Shown piece after piece: positions 12,706 through 25,178 of a stretch of DNA of 64,000 nucleotides. Origin of the DNA: Centroscyllium fabricii (taxonomy: Eukaryota). Numbering within the stretch: the stretch's first letter is position 1; every line of letters starts with the position of its first letter. The position numbers and the translations under genes were made by a program. Under the pieces are notes generated by a model. The model did not search any database. It was not told the DNA's origin and saw only the letters and a list, made by a program, of their open reading frames with translations. The stretch spans positions 124,001-188,000 of the forward strand of contig JBNRSN020000496.1 of assembly GCA_051313645.2 (NCBI GenBank), written 5' to 3'.

Positions 12706-13510
12706 ACATATAGAACATAGAACATACAGCACTGTACAGGCCCTTGGGCCCTCAATGTAGTGCCGCGCTAAGTCCGTCTCTGATTTTTTCTGTCCCCCCT
12801 ACTCGTCCTTCCCCTCCATGTACCTATCTATCATCCTTTTAAAAGCTCCCAGACTGTCCACATCCACTATTTCAGATGGTAGCCTATTCCACTCCCCGAC
12901 CACTCTCTGTGTAAAGAACTTGCCCCTGCCATCCCTTCTGAATCTTCCTCCTTGAATCTTGTGTTCGTGCCCTCTTGTTGTCGTCCTTCCCACCCGGGGA
13001 AACAGTCTCTGCACGTTTACTCTATCGATCCCCTTCATCATTTTAAACATCTCTATTAAGTCCCCCCTCTTCCTTCTCCGTTCCAGGGAGAAGAGTCCCA
13101 GCTCCCTCAACCTCTCCTCGTACGACTTTCCCCCCATTCCCGGCAGCATCCTGGTGAATCTCCTCTGCACCCTCTTCAGCGCCTCCACATCCCTCCTGTA
13201 GTACGGTGCCCAGAACTGCACACAGTACTCCAAGTGTGGTCTCACCAGTGACCTGTACAGCTGTAGCATGACCTCCCGGTTCTTAAACTCTATTCCCCTG
13301 TTGATGAAGGCCAATACCCCATAGGCCTTTTTTACTGCCTTGTCCACCTGGGTGGCAGCCTTCAATGATCTGTGTACATATACTCCCAGATCCCTTTGCT
13401 CCTCTGCTTCACTCAGGACCCTGCCGTTGACCCGATATTCCCTCTTCCTATTTGCCCTACCGAAGTGCATCACCTCGCATTTCCCCGTGTTGAACTCCAT
13501 TTGCCAAGTT
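12706..13510 (-). mobile_element. 5'-truncated CR1 LINE, intact RT C-terminal frame
   Basis: WQMEFNTGKCEVMHFG...LVRPHLEYCVQFW followed by a TTCTATG tail. Confidence 0.93.
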
Positions 13511-14524
13511 GGAGTTGAGGCCAAAATCGGATCAGCCATGATCTCATTGAATGGCGGAGCAGACTCGAGGGGCCGAATGGCCGACTCCTGCTCCTATTTC
13601 TTATGTTATCAGGAGTTCTTCACATACTAGTGGTTAGGAGACACCAGCAATACTCTGATAAACCAACAGCCCCAGAGGCAAGTCCCTGGCAGCAAATTTG
13701 AGTTCCTACAAGTGTATTTTGTCTTTCCTTTTCTCCCCACAACCCTCGCAGACGGTGCTGCCTCCTTGCTGGGGTTGAAGCCAATAGGCAGCGACTGTTC
13801 GCACAGGTGAGCAGTCCGCACAGGGGAGCGACGGCAGTCTGTTTCACTGCGGGAGGGCTCAAACCAGCCCTCTCTCGACTCCCACGCATGCATTATCCCG
13901 CGGGGGTCAGATCGCAGGGTGGCCATCAGGGGGCGGGGTCGATGGCTGATTTTGTTCTCGCCTCATCTCCCCACCCCACGCCTGTCCCCATCCCTACCCC
14001 AGGCCCAAACCCACCCCAACCCCAACCCCACCGCTAGCCCAGAGGCGACGAGTCCAACGCTGGAACCCGAGCCGGCTGACACCAGCTTACTTGACCGGGA
14101 TGGAACCCAGGACCCCGGGCTCGGCATGTCAGGAGGGCCCAAGGTCTAAAATGCACTGAAGGGGAGGCGAGGTTAAACAGGGAATCTGCGTTCTGACAGG
14201 TTGAGGATCAGCTGTTAAAGCCACACTTGCTGTTGTATACGAGTTTAACGGCGGATGTGAACCTTCTCCCTTCCAGCTCCTGGCAGCACGAGGACTACAG
14301 AAACAGTTCAACACCAGCGGTTGCTCAGCTTCTCCAATGAGGCCTCTCACTGCATGTTTAAGCAGCTGGCTAGCACTCTACTCAAGGAGCCGGGTCTGGT
14401 TTTCACAGGGGCCACCTCTTTTCGAGACCAGGACTGGATTTCTGATACAACTGGATCAGTGCAGGTTGAAACATAGAAGATAGGAGGAGTAGGCCATTCG
14501 GCCTCTCGAGCCTGCTCTGCCATT

Positions 14525-15300
14525 CAATGAGATCATAGAATCATAGAAACTTTACAGTGCGGATAAAGGCCATTCGGCCCATCCAGTCCGCACCGGCCCA
14601 GGAAACTCCTCACTATACTAACCCCATTTGCCCGCACCTGGCCCATAACCCTGTATGTTACGGTCCTTCATGTGCTGGTCCAAATATTTTTTAAATGTTG
14701 CGATGGTTTCTGCCTCCACCACCCTTACAGGCAGGGAGTTCCACACTTCCACCACCCTCTGAGTAAAGAAATTTTTCCTTACCTCCCCCCTAAACCTCCC
14801 CCCCTAATCTTGAATCTATGTCCCCTAGTATTTGACTCTCCCACCAAGGGAAACAATGCCCCTTTATCCACCCTATCGTGTCCTCTCATGATCCTGTACA
14901 CCTCAATCATGTCACCCCTCAATCTTCTCTTCTCCAAGGCAAACAACCCCAGCCTGTCCAGCCTTTCCTCGTAGCATAAGTCCCCCAGACCAGGTATCAT
15001 CCTGGTAAACCTTCTCTGCACCCTCTCCAGGGCAACCACATCCTTCCTGAAGTGCGGTGACCAGAATTGCACACAGTACTCTAGCTGAGGTCTCACCAGC
15101 GTGTTATACAAGTTTAACATTACCTCCCTACTTTTGTATACTATGCCCTGGTTAATAAAGGCCAGAATTCCGTATGCCTTCTTAACCACCTTGTTTACGT
15201 GTCCAGCAACCTTCAGGGAGCTGTGCACCTGTACCCCAAGGTCCCTCTGTTCCTCGGTCCTACCTAACGTTTTTTTGTTCATGGTATATTCCCTTACCCC
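14525..15300 (-). mobile_element. 5'-truncated CR1 LINE
   Basis: ORF 14779..15318 encodes the RT C-terminus; TTCTATGA tail. Confidence 0.92.
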
Positions 15301-16183
15301 ATTTGGCTGATCATCCAAACTCAGTACCCGGTCCCTGCCTTCTCCCCATATCCCTTGATCCCTTTAGTCTTAAGAAATATATCCAACTCCTTCTTGAATA
15401 TATTCAATGAACTAGCCTCCACCGCCCTCTGTGGCAGAGAATTCCACAGGTTCACCACTCTCTGGGTGAAGAAATTCCTCCTCATCTCTGTCCTAAATGA
15501 GTTACCCCTTATCCTTAGACTATGACCCCTGGTTCTGGACTCTACGAACATTGGGAACATTCTTCCTGCATCTAGTTTGTCCAGACCAGTTAGAATTTTA
15601 TACGTTTCGATGAGATCCCCTCTCAATCTTCTAAACTCCAGCGAGTACAAACCCAGTCTACCCAATCTCTCCTCATACGTCATTCCTGCCATCCCAGGTA
15701 TCAGCCTGGTGAATCTTCGCTGCACTCCCTCTATGGCAAGAATGTCCTTCCCTAGATAAGGAGACCAAAATTGCACACAGTACTCAAGGTGTGGTCTCAC
15801 CAAGGCCCTGTACAACTGCAGCAAGACATCCTTGTTCCTGTACTCGAACCCTCTCGCTATGAAGGCCAACATACCATTTGCCTTCTTAACCTTCAGTGAC
15901 TGGTGCACAAGAACACCCAGGTCTCGTTGTACTTCCCCTTCTCCCAATCTATTGCCATTCAGATAATAGTCGGCATTTCTGTTTTTGCCCCCAAAGTGGA
16001 TAACCTCGTATTTATCCACATTATACTGCATCTGCCATGTCTCAGCCCACTCGCCCAACCTGTCCAAATCATCCAGGAGCTTCCTGGTATCCTCCTCACA
16101 GCACACACGCCCTCCCAGCTTTGCGTCATCTGCAAACTTGGAGACATTACATTTAGTTCCCTTTTCTAAATCATTAATGTATA
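15301..16183 (-). mobile_element. 5'-truncated CR1 LINE
   Basis: IYINDL...FADD...GYGEKAGTGY. Confidence 0.93.
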
Positions 16184-16184
16184 T

Positions 16185-16843
16185 CGTGTCTGGCACCCTC
16201 GGGACTGGGCCGGTGCCGGACCACTGAAAATTCCGAACCACTGAAGGTTCGGGGAGAGCGCGCGGGCAGAACACGCCCCAGGGCCCGGAGTGCGCAGGTA
16301 GAACACGCCCCGGGGCCCGGAGCGCGTGGTAGAACATTCCCCGAGGCCCGGAGCGCGTGGTAGAACACTCCCCGGGGCGCGCGGGTAGAACACTCCCCGG
16401 GGCCCAGAGCGCGCGGTAGAACATTCCCCGGGGCCCGGAGCGCGTGGTAGAACACTCCCCGGGGCGCGCGGGTAGAACACTCCCCGGGGCCCAGAGCGCG
16501 CGGTAGAACACTCCCCGGGGCCCGGAGCGCGTGGTAGAACACTCCCCGGGGCGCGCGGGTAGAACACTCCCCGGGGCCCAGAGCGCGCGGTAGAACACTC
16601 CCCGGGGCCCGGAGCGCGTGGTAGAACACTCCCCGGGAGGGAGCCCGGCGATAGAACACTTACAAAACCTAAAAAAACAGAAACCCAAACGCCCGACGCC
16701 TTCGGCGCTTGCTGACCCTTCGCGGGAAACGGTGGCGCCGCCGAGCGGCTGCTCCACAAAATGAAGAGCGCCGGTTTCCAATTGTGCCGAACCACTGAAG
16801 CTGCCGGACCATCGGGTGCCGGATTACCGGTGCTCAACCTGTA
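16185..16843. mobile_element. Probable Tigger/pogo-like non-autonomous DNA element with internal GC-rich tandem repeats; left end disrupted
   Basis: Right end GCTCAACCTG-TA (reverse complement TA-CAGGTTGAG). Subterminal GCCGGACCA/CCGAACCACTGA motifs on both sides. Internal AGAACACTCCCCGGGGC repeats at 16260-16660. Confidence 0.5.
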
Positions 16844-16844
16844 C

Positions 16845-17372
16845 AACCATCGAATCTCACGGCACAGGAGGCCATTCGGCCTATCGTGCCTGTGCCGGCT
16901 CTTTGAAGGAGCTCTTCAATCAATCCCACTCCCTCGCTCTTCCCTCATGTCCCTGCAACTCTTTCCCTTCAAATATTTCTCCAATTCCCTTTTGAAAGTT
17001 ACTACCCTGTACTAAATCTGCTTCCACCGCCCTTTCAGGCAGCGCATTCCAGATCACAACAACTCGCTGCGTAAAAATAAATTCTCTTCATCTCCCCACT
17101 GGTTCTTTTGGCAATCACCTTCAACCTGTGACCTCTGGTCACTGACCTTTCTGCCACTGGAAACAGTTTCTCCTTATTTACTAACAAAGCCCCTCATGAA
17201 TATGAACACCTCTATCAAATCTCCCCTTAACCTTCTCGGCTAAAGGGATCAAGGGATATGGGGAGAGGGCAGGGACAGGGTACTGAATTTGGATGATCAG
17301 CCATGATCTCACTGAATGGCAGAGTGGGCTCGAGGGGCCGACTCCTGCTCCTATCTTCAATGTTTCTATGCT
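16845..17372. mobile_element. CR1 3' ends (minus-strand fragment followed by a plus-strand tail)
   Basis: Similar to other CR1 3' UTRs in the window. Confidence 0.8.
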
Positions 17373-17527
17373 CTAATGGGAGATGACGGACAGGTGTCGA
17401 TCGCTACAAGTGCTGTAATACAAACGCCGGCTCAGACCGCAGTCCACAGGAGAGCTGTCTCCCTGAGCCATGTTCTGGAGTCGGAGGTGGAAGCGGAGAG
17501 CTGCGAGCGCTGCACTGAGGCGCCTAC

Positions 17528-19865
17528 CGGTATTCTGTCTTCGATGTTGTAGTGGTTGGCGTCCGGGGTAAGTGGCGTTGGTGCCCAGATGGGAACGTAG
17601 TTGTCCACTTCCAGACTGGTCAGCGAGTGTCCGGACACGGTCAGCGTCTGCTCGCCCGCCCGGCTGGTGTCCTGAGAGCTGCCCGACGGGTCGAGGTCAT
17701 CGTTAAGGGAAGCGGTGATTGAGGGGCACAGGTCAGGCGAGACGGCCCGGCGTTCAGGCGGGCTTGCGCTCTGGTTGGAGCGGCCGTTCTCCCACCCGTC
17801 AGTCATGTTTGGCTCTGGAGGGTCCTCCAGCAGCGATGGGCCGGCTCCGCTGCGGCCGGATGAAAGGCTCTCGCCGAGGGCGCTGCCCAAATCCAGCGGG
17901 AGAACACTGCTACCTCTGTCGTCCTTCAGGTAGAGATGGAGAGAGTCGGGTTGGCAGAGCGAGGCATCGTCCGTGCTTCCTCTCCTGGAGCCTGGCTGCG
18001 AGCTGCCCCTTGGCCCAGCTGGACTCGCGGGGGTGAAAGGACGGCTGCCGCTGGAGTCTGGCCGCTGGACGGTACTCTGGCTGCGGCTCTGGGTGGGCGG
18101 CTGGTGGGCAGGGGGCAAGCGGTCTGACGGCTGGGGGGCAGCGGGCAGGCGGTCTGACTGCTGGGGGTCAGAGGACAGGCGGTCCGACGGCTGAGGGGCA
18201 GGGGTCAGGCGGTCCGACTGCTGGGGGGCAGGGGGAAGGCGGTCCGACGGCTGGGGGGCAGGGGTCAGGCGGTCTGACTGCTGGGGGGCAGGGGACAGGC
18301 AGTCTGACTGCTGGGGGGCGGGGGGAAGGCGGTCCAATGGCTGGGGGGCGGGGGGCAGGCGGTCTGACGGCTGGGGGACAGCTCCGAAGGCCGCGGCGAT
18401 GCTCCTCCTCGGCGGCGGGTTGGACGCGAGACTCCCGGCGGCCTGGGCCAGGATGTGGTTGAGTGAGTCGGCGATGGCGCTGTACGCCCGCTGGCGGGGG
18501 GACACTCCCTTCAGGCCGTGCAACACCAGACTATCGAAGCTGTCCCTGCCCCCTGGGCACCGGTGCAGGCTCCAGGCCCCGACCTTCTCCATGTAGCTCA
18601 GGGGAGGCAGGGACTGCAGGGTACCCGGAGAGGAGGAGGGGGGGTCTTGGCTGGTGCTGCTCGAATCCTGCATCGCAAACGAGGGTGCCAGCGAGAACTT
18701 GGAGAGGGCGGGCGCCTGGGTTTCGGTGCGCTGATCTGCCGCTCGTCTCCCCTGACCCAACTGAGCAGGAACCTTGGCCGGCAAGTTCAAGGGAACGGCT
18801 GGTGTCGACTGACAGACGGGATTGGGCAAAGAGGTGAGGAACGAGGAATTGGCGAGGCTTGGTGGACAGGCTGTGGGAGATAGCTCGCTGTCCTGATGCT
18901 CCCGCTCTGTGCTGTAGCCAGACAGCCCCACCTCATCACACTTGCTATCGCCACTCCTGGTGGGTGGGACCTCGATGATGGTATCGTCCTTCCCACTGTA
19001 CGAGGCGGCGGGCTCTGTGCTCGGAGTCACCATTCCAGCTCCTGCGGTAGGACCACTGTTGGACGTGGAAAGTGAAGCGGATGAGGACAGTCCTTGACAT
19101 TTAAAACTTGCTTCGGAACGAGACCTCTGATTGGCGCCTCCTGCTTGCTGCTCCCACGACGGGAACACGCTGTCCGACACCTCTGGCCTGCCCGAATCGG
19201 CCGAACCCAAATTCCCGCTTTCCGTAGGCTTCAGCAAGGTCGGCCCAGAGTCAGGCGGGGCGGATTGCGCAGGTTTCTCGAGCTCTGTGATGGGCTCGGT
19301 GTCAGAACATTGCGGAGAGGCGAGAGCCCGGCTGGGGCCCGGCTGGTCATCGATGCTCTGCACCCCCTGCTTTTCAAGAGCCGCGTTGCCGTGGGTGATG
19401 GCCCTGGCCCCCGGCGAGCTGCTCTTCCGGTTCCTTTCGGTTGAGCTTCCAGAGCTGGATGTGATGCTTGAGCTGTCGAGCACGGCCATTTCCTGCTCCA
19501 ACAAATCCAGCGGCGCCTTGTGCTCGGGAACAGGATCACAGTGCGTCCCACGTACGCGGGGCCCGCCGCTCCCGGGGCGTGGGGACACGCTGGGAAGCTC
19601 CATGAAGTGCTGGTCCCGGATGTAGGTCTCTGCCAGAGCGAAGTCCTCGTCTTCTGTGGCCTCTGACCCCGGGCTGGGGGGCGTGAGGGAGTGCTGCGAC
19701 AGGGAGCAGGCGCTGCTGGTGTCCCCGAGCGGGTGCTGCGACAGGGACAGGCTGCCACTTGCGCAGTCTGCTGAAACCTCAGAGATGACCGCCTGCGGGG
19801 AGCTGTCGGCTCGGAAGGCTCCCGGGTATCCCTCTCGCGAGACTCCAGACAGGTCAGGGATCCCC
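17528..19865 (-). CDS. ALMS1: ALMS1 large exon, 2338 nt, phase 2-0
   Basis: Lies within ORF 17432..20104. Acceptor tatatttcag|G and donor CCG|gtaggc. Starts (R)GIPDLS...SLSQHPL (human RGIPDKS...SVSQHPL). Contains LSYMEKVGAW, AYSAIADSLNHIL, SLEVDNY and NIEDRIP, recalled from non-mammalian ALMS1. Confidence 0.92.
18099..18377 (-). repeat. Coding 30-bp (10-aa) tandem repeat, 9 units, consensus PQ(P/Q)SDRL(P/T/S)PA
   Basis: Visible directly in the DNA and in the translation of the large exon. Confidence 0.95.
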
Positions 19866-20549
19866 CTGAAATATAATGCAACAGAAATTGGTGAGATGGT
19901 GGAAGCATAATTCAACAGGTTTATTTCAGAAAATAACATTTTGGGACAGAGTATGAGAGTAATTTCAGACACGATGTGGGGAGTGTAGTGAGCGCGAGAG
20001 GAACGGATGACTTTGTACCCGAGGCTCCCAAAGCTCTCCAACCCCCTGCCCAGCCCTCGCGTCTGGGTCTGTTGTGGACTCATTGATAGAGATCGATACA
20101 ACAATGGAGTTGTTGACTAATAACTCCATTGTTGTATCGTGCGACTACCAGGATGGTAGACAGCGAACTCGGTGGACCTTGGTCTCATTGAATGGAATAG
20201 TACAGCACAGAAGGAGGCCATTCACCCCATCGAGTCAGCACCAGCTCTTTCCAAGAGAAGTCCAGTTAGTCCCGCTCTTTCCCCATAGCCCGGCAATTTA
20301 TTCTCCTTCAAGTGTTTATCCAACTGCCTTTTGAAGCTCCTATTGAATCCATTTCCACCACCCCATCAGGCAGCGCCTTCCAAATCCTAAATACATCACA
20401 GCGACTGAGCTGGTATCTTCCGAGAAATAAAACACCATTGCATGGGGATTCATTCATCAACACGGGAGGGAAAATAAAAAAGCACCAGAGGAACCAATGG
20501 CGAGAGGCACTCAAAATTCCCCTGAATTTTGGGAAGGAACGGAATATCT

Positions 20550-21025
20550 CAGAAACATGGAAGATAGGAGCAGGAGTCGGCCATTCGGCCCCTCGAGCCT
20601 GCTCTGCCATTCAATGCAATCATGGCTGATCATCCAAACTCAGTACCCTGTCCCGGCCCTCTCCCCATATCCCTTGATCCCTTTACCCTAAAGAAATATA
20701 TCTAACTCCTTCTTGAATATATTTAATGAATTGGCCTCTACTGCCTTCTGTGGTAGAGAATTCCACAGGTTCACCTCTCTCTGGGTGAAGAAATTCCTCC
20801 TCATCTCTGTCCTAAATGGCTAAACCCTTATCTTTAGACTGTGACCCCTGGTTCTGGACTCCCCGACCATTGGGAACATCCTTCCTGCATCCAGTCTGTC
20901 CAGTCCTGATAGAATTGTATAAGTTTCAATGAGATCCCCTCTCATTCTTCTAAACTCCAGCGAGTATAAGCCCAATCGACCCAATCTCTCCTCATACGTC
21001 ACACCTGCCATCCCAGGTATCAGTC
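20550..21025 (-). mobile_element. 5'-truncated CR1 LINE
   Basis: RLIPGMAGVTYEERLGRLGLYSLEFRR plus 3' UTR. Confidence 0.9.
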
Positions 21026-21284
21026 TCAGCAGGCAGCGATTTACACGGGCACTGGTCGGAAAACTCTCCACTTGATTTCTCCCCAAGCTAGTTACAGGAG
21101 TGCAAGTATTTGCCATAGGAGCACAGATCTTGGCCGAGAGGAGAGGTTACGTTATTTAAAATGAGATTTTGTAATTTAAGGGGGAAAATGCATAGAAGAC
21201 AGCAGAGCACCAAAATTGGCCACAAGCGCAACTTACTGTAGCACCTAACACAATATTCTGACCTAGTTACCACCTGTCACAGCA

Positions 21285-21512
21285 TCTGATCAGAAAACTC
21301 GAGATGCTGCCTGGCCTGCTGAGCAGTTCCAGCATCTGCTGTTTATTATTTTAGTCCAGAGGGAGTAGGCTTTGCTCAAAGTTCTTCACACGGGCACACA
21401 ATTATTTTAGAACGTAAAATGTGACAGAACTGATGAAAAGTCATCGAACTGAAACGTTAACTCCGATTCTCTCGCCACCTGCTGAGTGTTTCCAGCATTT
21501 TCCACTTTTATT
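21285..21512 (+). mobile_element. Old Penelope-derived terminal repeats with a degenerate hammerhead
   Basis: Two direct copies of CCTGCTGAG...TTCCAGCAT. CTGATGA-aaagtcatcgaact-GAAACGTTAA at 21430-21460. Confidence 0.55.
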
Positions 21513-21529
21513 AAAGGAGGCCGTGGGAA

Positions 21530-21975
21530 TAGATGCGTCCAGAATCCTTGGTTTTGTACCCAGAGGACTGAATGTTGAACTTGTCCAAGTATTTGGTTAG
21601 ACCCCAGTTGAAGTATTGCGTGCAGTTTTGGGCACCATGTTATCGGAAGGATGTGAAAGCAATGGAGAAGGTGCAGTGCAGATTCACTGGGCTGTTACCA
21701 GTGGGTGAGGGGTTACAGAGCAATGGAGAAGGTGCAGTGCAGATTCACTGGGCTGTTACCAGTGAGTGAGGGGTTACAGAGCAATGGAGAAGGTGCAGTG
21801 CAGATTCACTGGGCTGTTACCAGTGGGTGAGGGGTTACCGAGCAATGGGGAGCGGAAGCTATTGCAATGGAGCTGTGAGTGAGCTGATAGAGGCCTCCGA
21901 GATTCCCACAGGCTAAACGATGAGAGATTGTTTCCACTGGTCAGTGAGACAGAAAACAGAGGGGAGTAAATTTAA
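21530..21975 (+). mobile_element. Degraded CR1 fragment with an internal 62-bp triplication (21660-21845)
   Basis: LVRPQLKYCVQFW motif; the triplicated unit is visible. Confidence 0.75.
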
Positions 21976-21987
21976 TAGATTTAATAC

Positions 21988-22095
21988 AGTGTCAGCTGTG
22001 GTTCAGTGGTAGCATTCTCACCTCTCAGTCAGAAGCTCGTGGGTTCGAATCCCACTCCTGACACTTGAGCACAAAAATCTAGGCAGGCACTCCCA
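21988..22095 (+). mobile_element. tRNA-derived head of a Deu-domain (SacSINE1-like) SINE
   Basis: A box TGGTTCAGTGG, B box GGTTCGAATCC, then CTTGAGCACAAAAATCTAGGC. Confidence 0.8.
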
Positions 22096-24797
22096 ACCTG
22101 AGGGAGCGCCGCACTGTCGGAGGGGCAGTACTGAGGGAGCGCCGCACTGTCGGAGGGGTAGTACTGAGGGAGTACTGCACTGTCGGAGGGGCAGTACTGA
22201 GGGAGCGCCGCACTGTCGGAGGGGCAGTACTGAGGGAGCGCCGCACTGTCGGACGGGCAGTACTGAGGGAGTACTGCACTGTCGGAGGGGCAGTACTGAG
22301 GGAGCGCCGCACTGTCGGAGGGGCAGTACTGAGGGAGCGCTGCACTGTCGGAGGGACAGTACTGGGGGAGCACTGAACTGACGGAGGGGCAGTACTGAGG
22401 GAGTACTGCACTGTCGGAGGGGCAGTACTGAAGGAGCGCCGCACTGTTGGAGGGGCAGTACTGAGGGAGTGCTGCACTGTCGGAGGGACAGTACTTAGGG
22501 AGCGCTGCACTGTCGGAGGGGCAGTACTGAGTGAGAGCCGCACTGTCGGAGGGGCAGTACTGAGGGAGCACCGCACTGTCGGAGGGGCAGTACTGAGGGA
22601 GACCCCACTGTCGGAGGGGCAGTACTGAGGGTGCGCCGCACTGTCGGAGGGGCAGTACTGAGGGAGACCCCACTCTCGGAGGGGCAGTACTGAGGGAGCA
22701 CCGCACTGTCGGAGGGGCAGTACTGAGGGAGCGCCGCACTGTCGGAGGGGCAGTACTGAGGGAGTGCTGCACTGTCGGAGGGGCAGGACTGAGGGAGCGC
22801 TGCACTGTCGGAGGGGCAGTACTGAGTGAGAGCCGCACTGTCGGAGGGGCAGTACTGACGGAGCGCCGCACTGTCGGAGGGGCAGTACTGAGGGAGTGCT
22901 GCACTGTCGGAGGGGCAGTACTGAGGGAGTGTGGCACTGTCGGAGGGGCAGTACTGAGGGAGCGCTGCACTGTCGGAGGGACAGTACTGAGGGAGCGCTG
23001 CACTGTCGGAGGGGCAGTACTGAGTGAGAGCCGCACTGTCGGAGGGGCAGTACTGAGGGAGCGCCGCACTGTCGGAGGGACAGTACTGAGGGAGCGCTGC
23101 ACTGTCGGAGGGGCAGTACTGAGTGAGAGCCGCACTGTCGGAGGGGCAGTACTGAGGGAGCGCCGCACTGTCGGAGGGGCAGTACTTAGGGAGCGCTGCA
23201 CTGTCGGAGGGGCAGACCTGAGGGAGCACCGCACTGTCGGAGGGGCAGTACTGAGGGAGCGCTGCACTGTCGGAGGGGCAGTACTGAGGGAGCGCTGCAC
23301 TGTCGGAGGGGCAGTACTGAGTGAGAGCCGCACTGTCGGAGGGGCAGTACTGAGGGAGCGCCGCACTGTTGGAGGGGCAGTACTGAGGGAGCGCTGCACT
23401 GTCGGAGGGACAGTACTGAGGGAGCGCTGCACTGTCGGAGGGACAGTACTGAGTGAGAGCCACACTGTCGGAGGGGCAGTACTGAAGGAGCGCCGCACTG
23501 TCGGAGGGGCAGTACTGAGGGAGCGCTGCACTGTCGGAGGGGCAGTACTGAGAGAGTGCTGCACTGTCGGAGGGGCAGTACTGAGGGAGCGCCGCACTGT
23601 CGGAGGGGCAGTACTGAGGGAGTACTGCACTGTCGGAGGGGCAGTACTGAGGGAGCGCCGCACTGTCGGAGGGGCAGTACTGAGGGAGCGCTGCACTGTC
23701 GGAGGGACAGTACTGAGGGAGCGCTGCACTGTCGGAGGGGCAGTACTGAGGGAGCGCCGCACTGTCGGAGGGGCAGTACTGAGGGAGAGCCCCACTGTCG
23801 GAGGGGCAGTACTGAGGGAGCGCCGCACTGTCGGAGGGGCAGTACTGAGGGAGCGCTGCACTGTCGGAGGGGCAGTACTGAGGGAGCGCTGCACTGTCGG
23901 AGGGGCAGTACTGAGGGAGCGCCGCACTGTCGGAGGGGCAGTACTGAGGGAGCGCTGCACTGTGGGAGCGCCGCACTGTCGGAGGGGCAGTACTGAGGGA
24001 GCGCAGCACTGTCGGAGGGGCAGTACTGAGGGAGCGCCGCACTGTCGGAGGGGCAGTACTGAGGGAGTACTGCACTGTCGGAGGGGCAGTACTGAGGGAG
24101 CGCCGCACTGTCGGAGGGGCAGTACTGAGGGAGCGCTGCACTGTCGGAGGGACAGTACTGAGGGAGCGCTGCACTGTCGGAGGGGCAGTACTGAGGGAGC
24201 GCTGCACTGTCGGAGGGGCAGACCTGAGGGAGAGCCGCACTGTCGGAGAGCCAGTACTGAGGGAGCACTGGACTGTCGGAGGGGCAGTACTGAGGGAGCG
24301 CCGCACTGTCGGAGGGGTAGTACTGAGGGAGCGCCGCACTGTCGGAGGGGCAGTACTGAGGGAGCGCCGCACTGTCGGAGGGGCAGTACTGAGGGAGCGC
24401 TGCACTGTCGGAGGGGCGGTACTGAGGGAGAGCCGCACTGTCGGAGGGGCAGTACTGAGGGAGTGCTGCACGTCGGAGGAGCGGTACTGAGGGAGCGCCG
24501 CACTGTTGGAGGGGCAGTACTGAGGGAGAGCTGCACTGTCGGAGGGGCAGTACTGAGGGAGTGCTGCACTGTCGGAGGGGCAGTACTGAGGGAGTGCCGC
24601 ACTGTCGGAGGGTCAGTACTGAGGGAGTGTCACACTGTTGGAGGGGCAGTACTGAGGGAGCGCTGCACTGTTGGAGGGGCAGTACTGAGGGAGTGTCACA
24701 CTGTTGGAGGGGCAGCACTGAGGGAGCACTGCACTGTTGGAGGGGCAATACTGAGGGTGTGCTGCACTGTCGGAGGGGCAGTACTGAGGGAGCACCG
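22096..24797. repeat. 30-bp minisatellite CACTGTCGGAGGGGCAGTACTGAGGGAGCG-type, left part
   Basis: Directly visible periodicity. Confidence 0.97.
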
Positions 24798-24818
24798 TTG
24801 TTGGTGCAACTAAACGTC

Positions 24819-25155
24819 GCTCGAAGTCCCGCTCCCGGGTCTGGCCTTTGCCTCCTCCGCTTCTCCTTTGAAGCCTGCCGCTCTGCTCGAAGTCCCGCTC
24901 CCGGGTCTGGCCTTTGCCTCCTCCGCTGCTCCTTTGAAGCCTGCCGCTCTGCTCCTTTGAAGCCTGCTGCTCTGCTCGAAGTCCCGCTCCCGGGTCTGGC
25001 CTTTGCCTCCTCCGCTGCTCCTTTGAAGCTTGCCGCTCTGCTCGAAGTCCCGCTCCCGGGTCTGGCCTTTGCCTCCTCCGCTGCTCTTTTGAAGCCTGCC
25101 GCTCTGCTCGAAGTCCCGCTCCCGGGTTTGGCCTCTGCCTCCTCCGTTGCTCCTT
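24819..25155 (+). repeat. 66-bp tandem repeat (about 5 units) upstream of the Rex1 ATG
   Basis: GCTCGAAGTCCCGCTCCCGGGTCTGGCCTTTGCCTCCTCCGC recurs at about 24819, 24885, 24974, 25040 and 25106. Confidence 0.9.
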
Positions 25156-25178
25156 TAGTTCAACCTGCTGCACCTCTC

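Noticed and set aside
14089-14143. Possible 55-nt minus-strand exon (ttttag|...|gtaagc)
   Set aside because: It would shift the frame between two phase-0 exons that already join into a conserved motif.
15321-16781. 486-aa repeat-RT fusion ORF
   Set aside because: Chance in-frame junction of a GC-rich MITE-like repeat with a truncated CR1.
19866-20104. N-terminal extension of the 890-aa ORF
   Set aside because: Lies upstream of a good acceptor at 19866; homology and phase join FAPLR|GIPD from the 35625 exon.
21995-22060. tRNA gene (also at 36430 and 60105)
   Set aside because: A and B boxes run into SINE bodies; no complete cloverleaf.
22029-24813. 857, 658 and 520-aa ORFs
   Set aside because: Translations of the 30-bp minisatellite on both strands.
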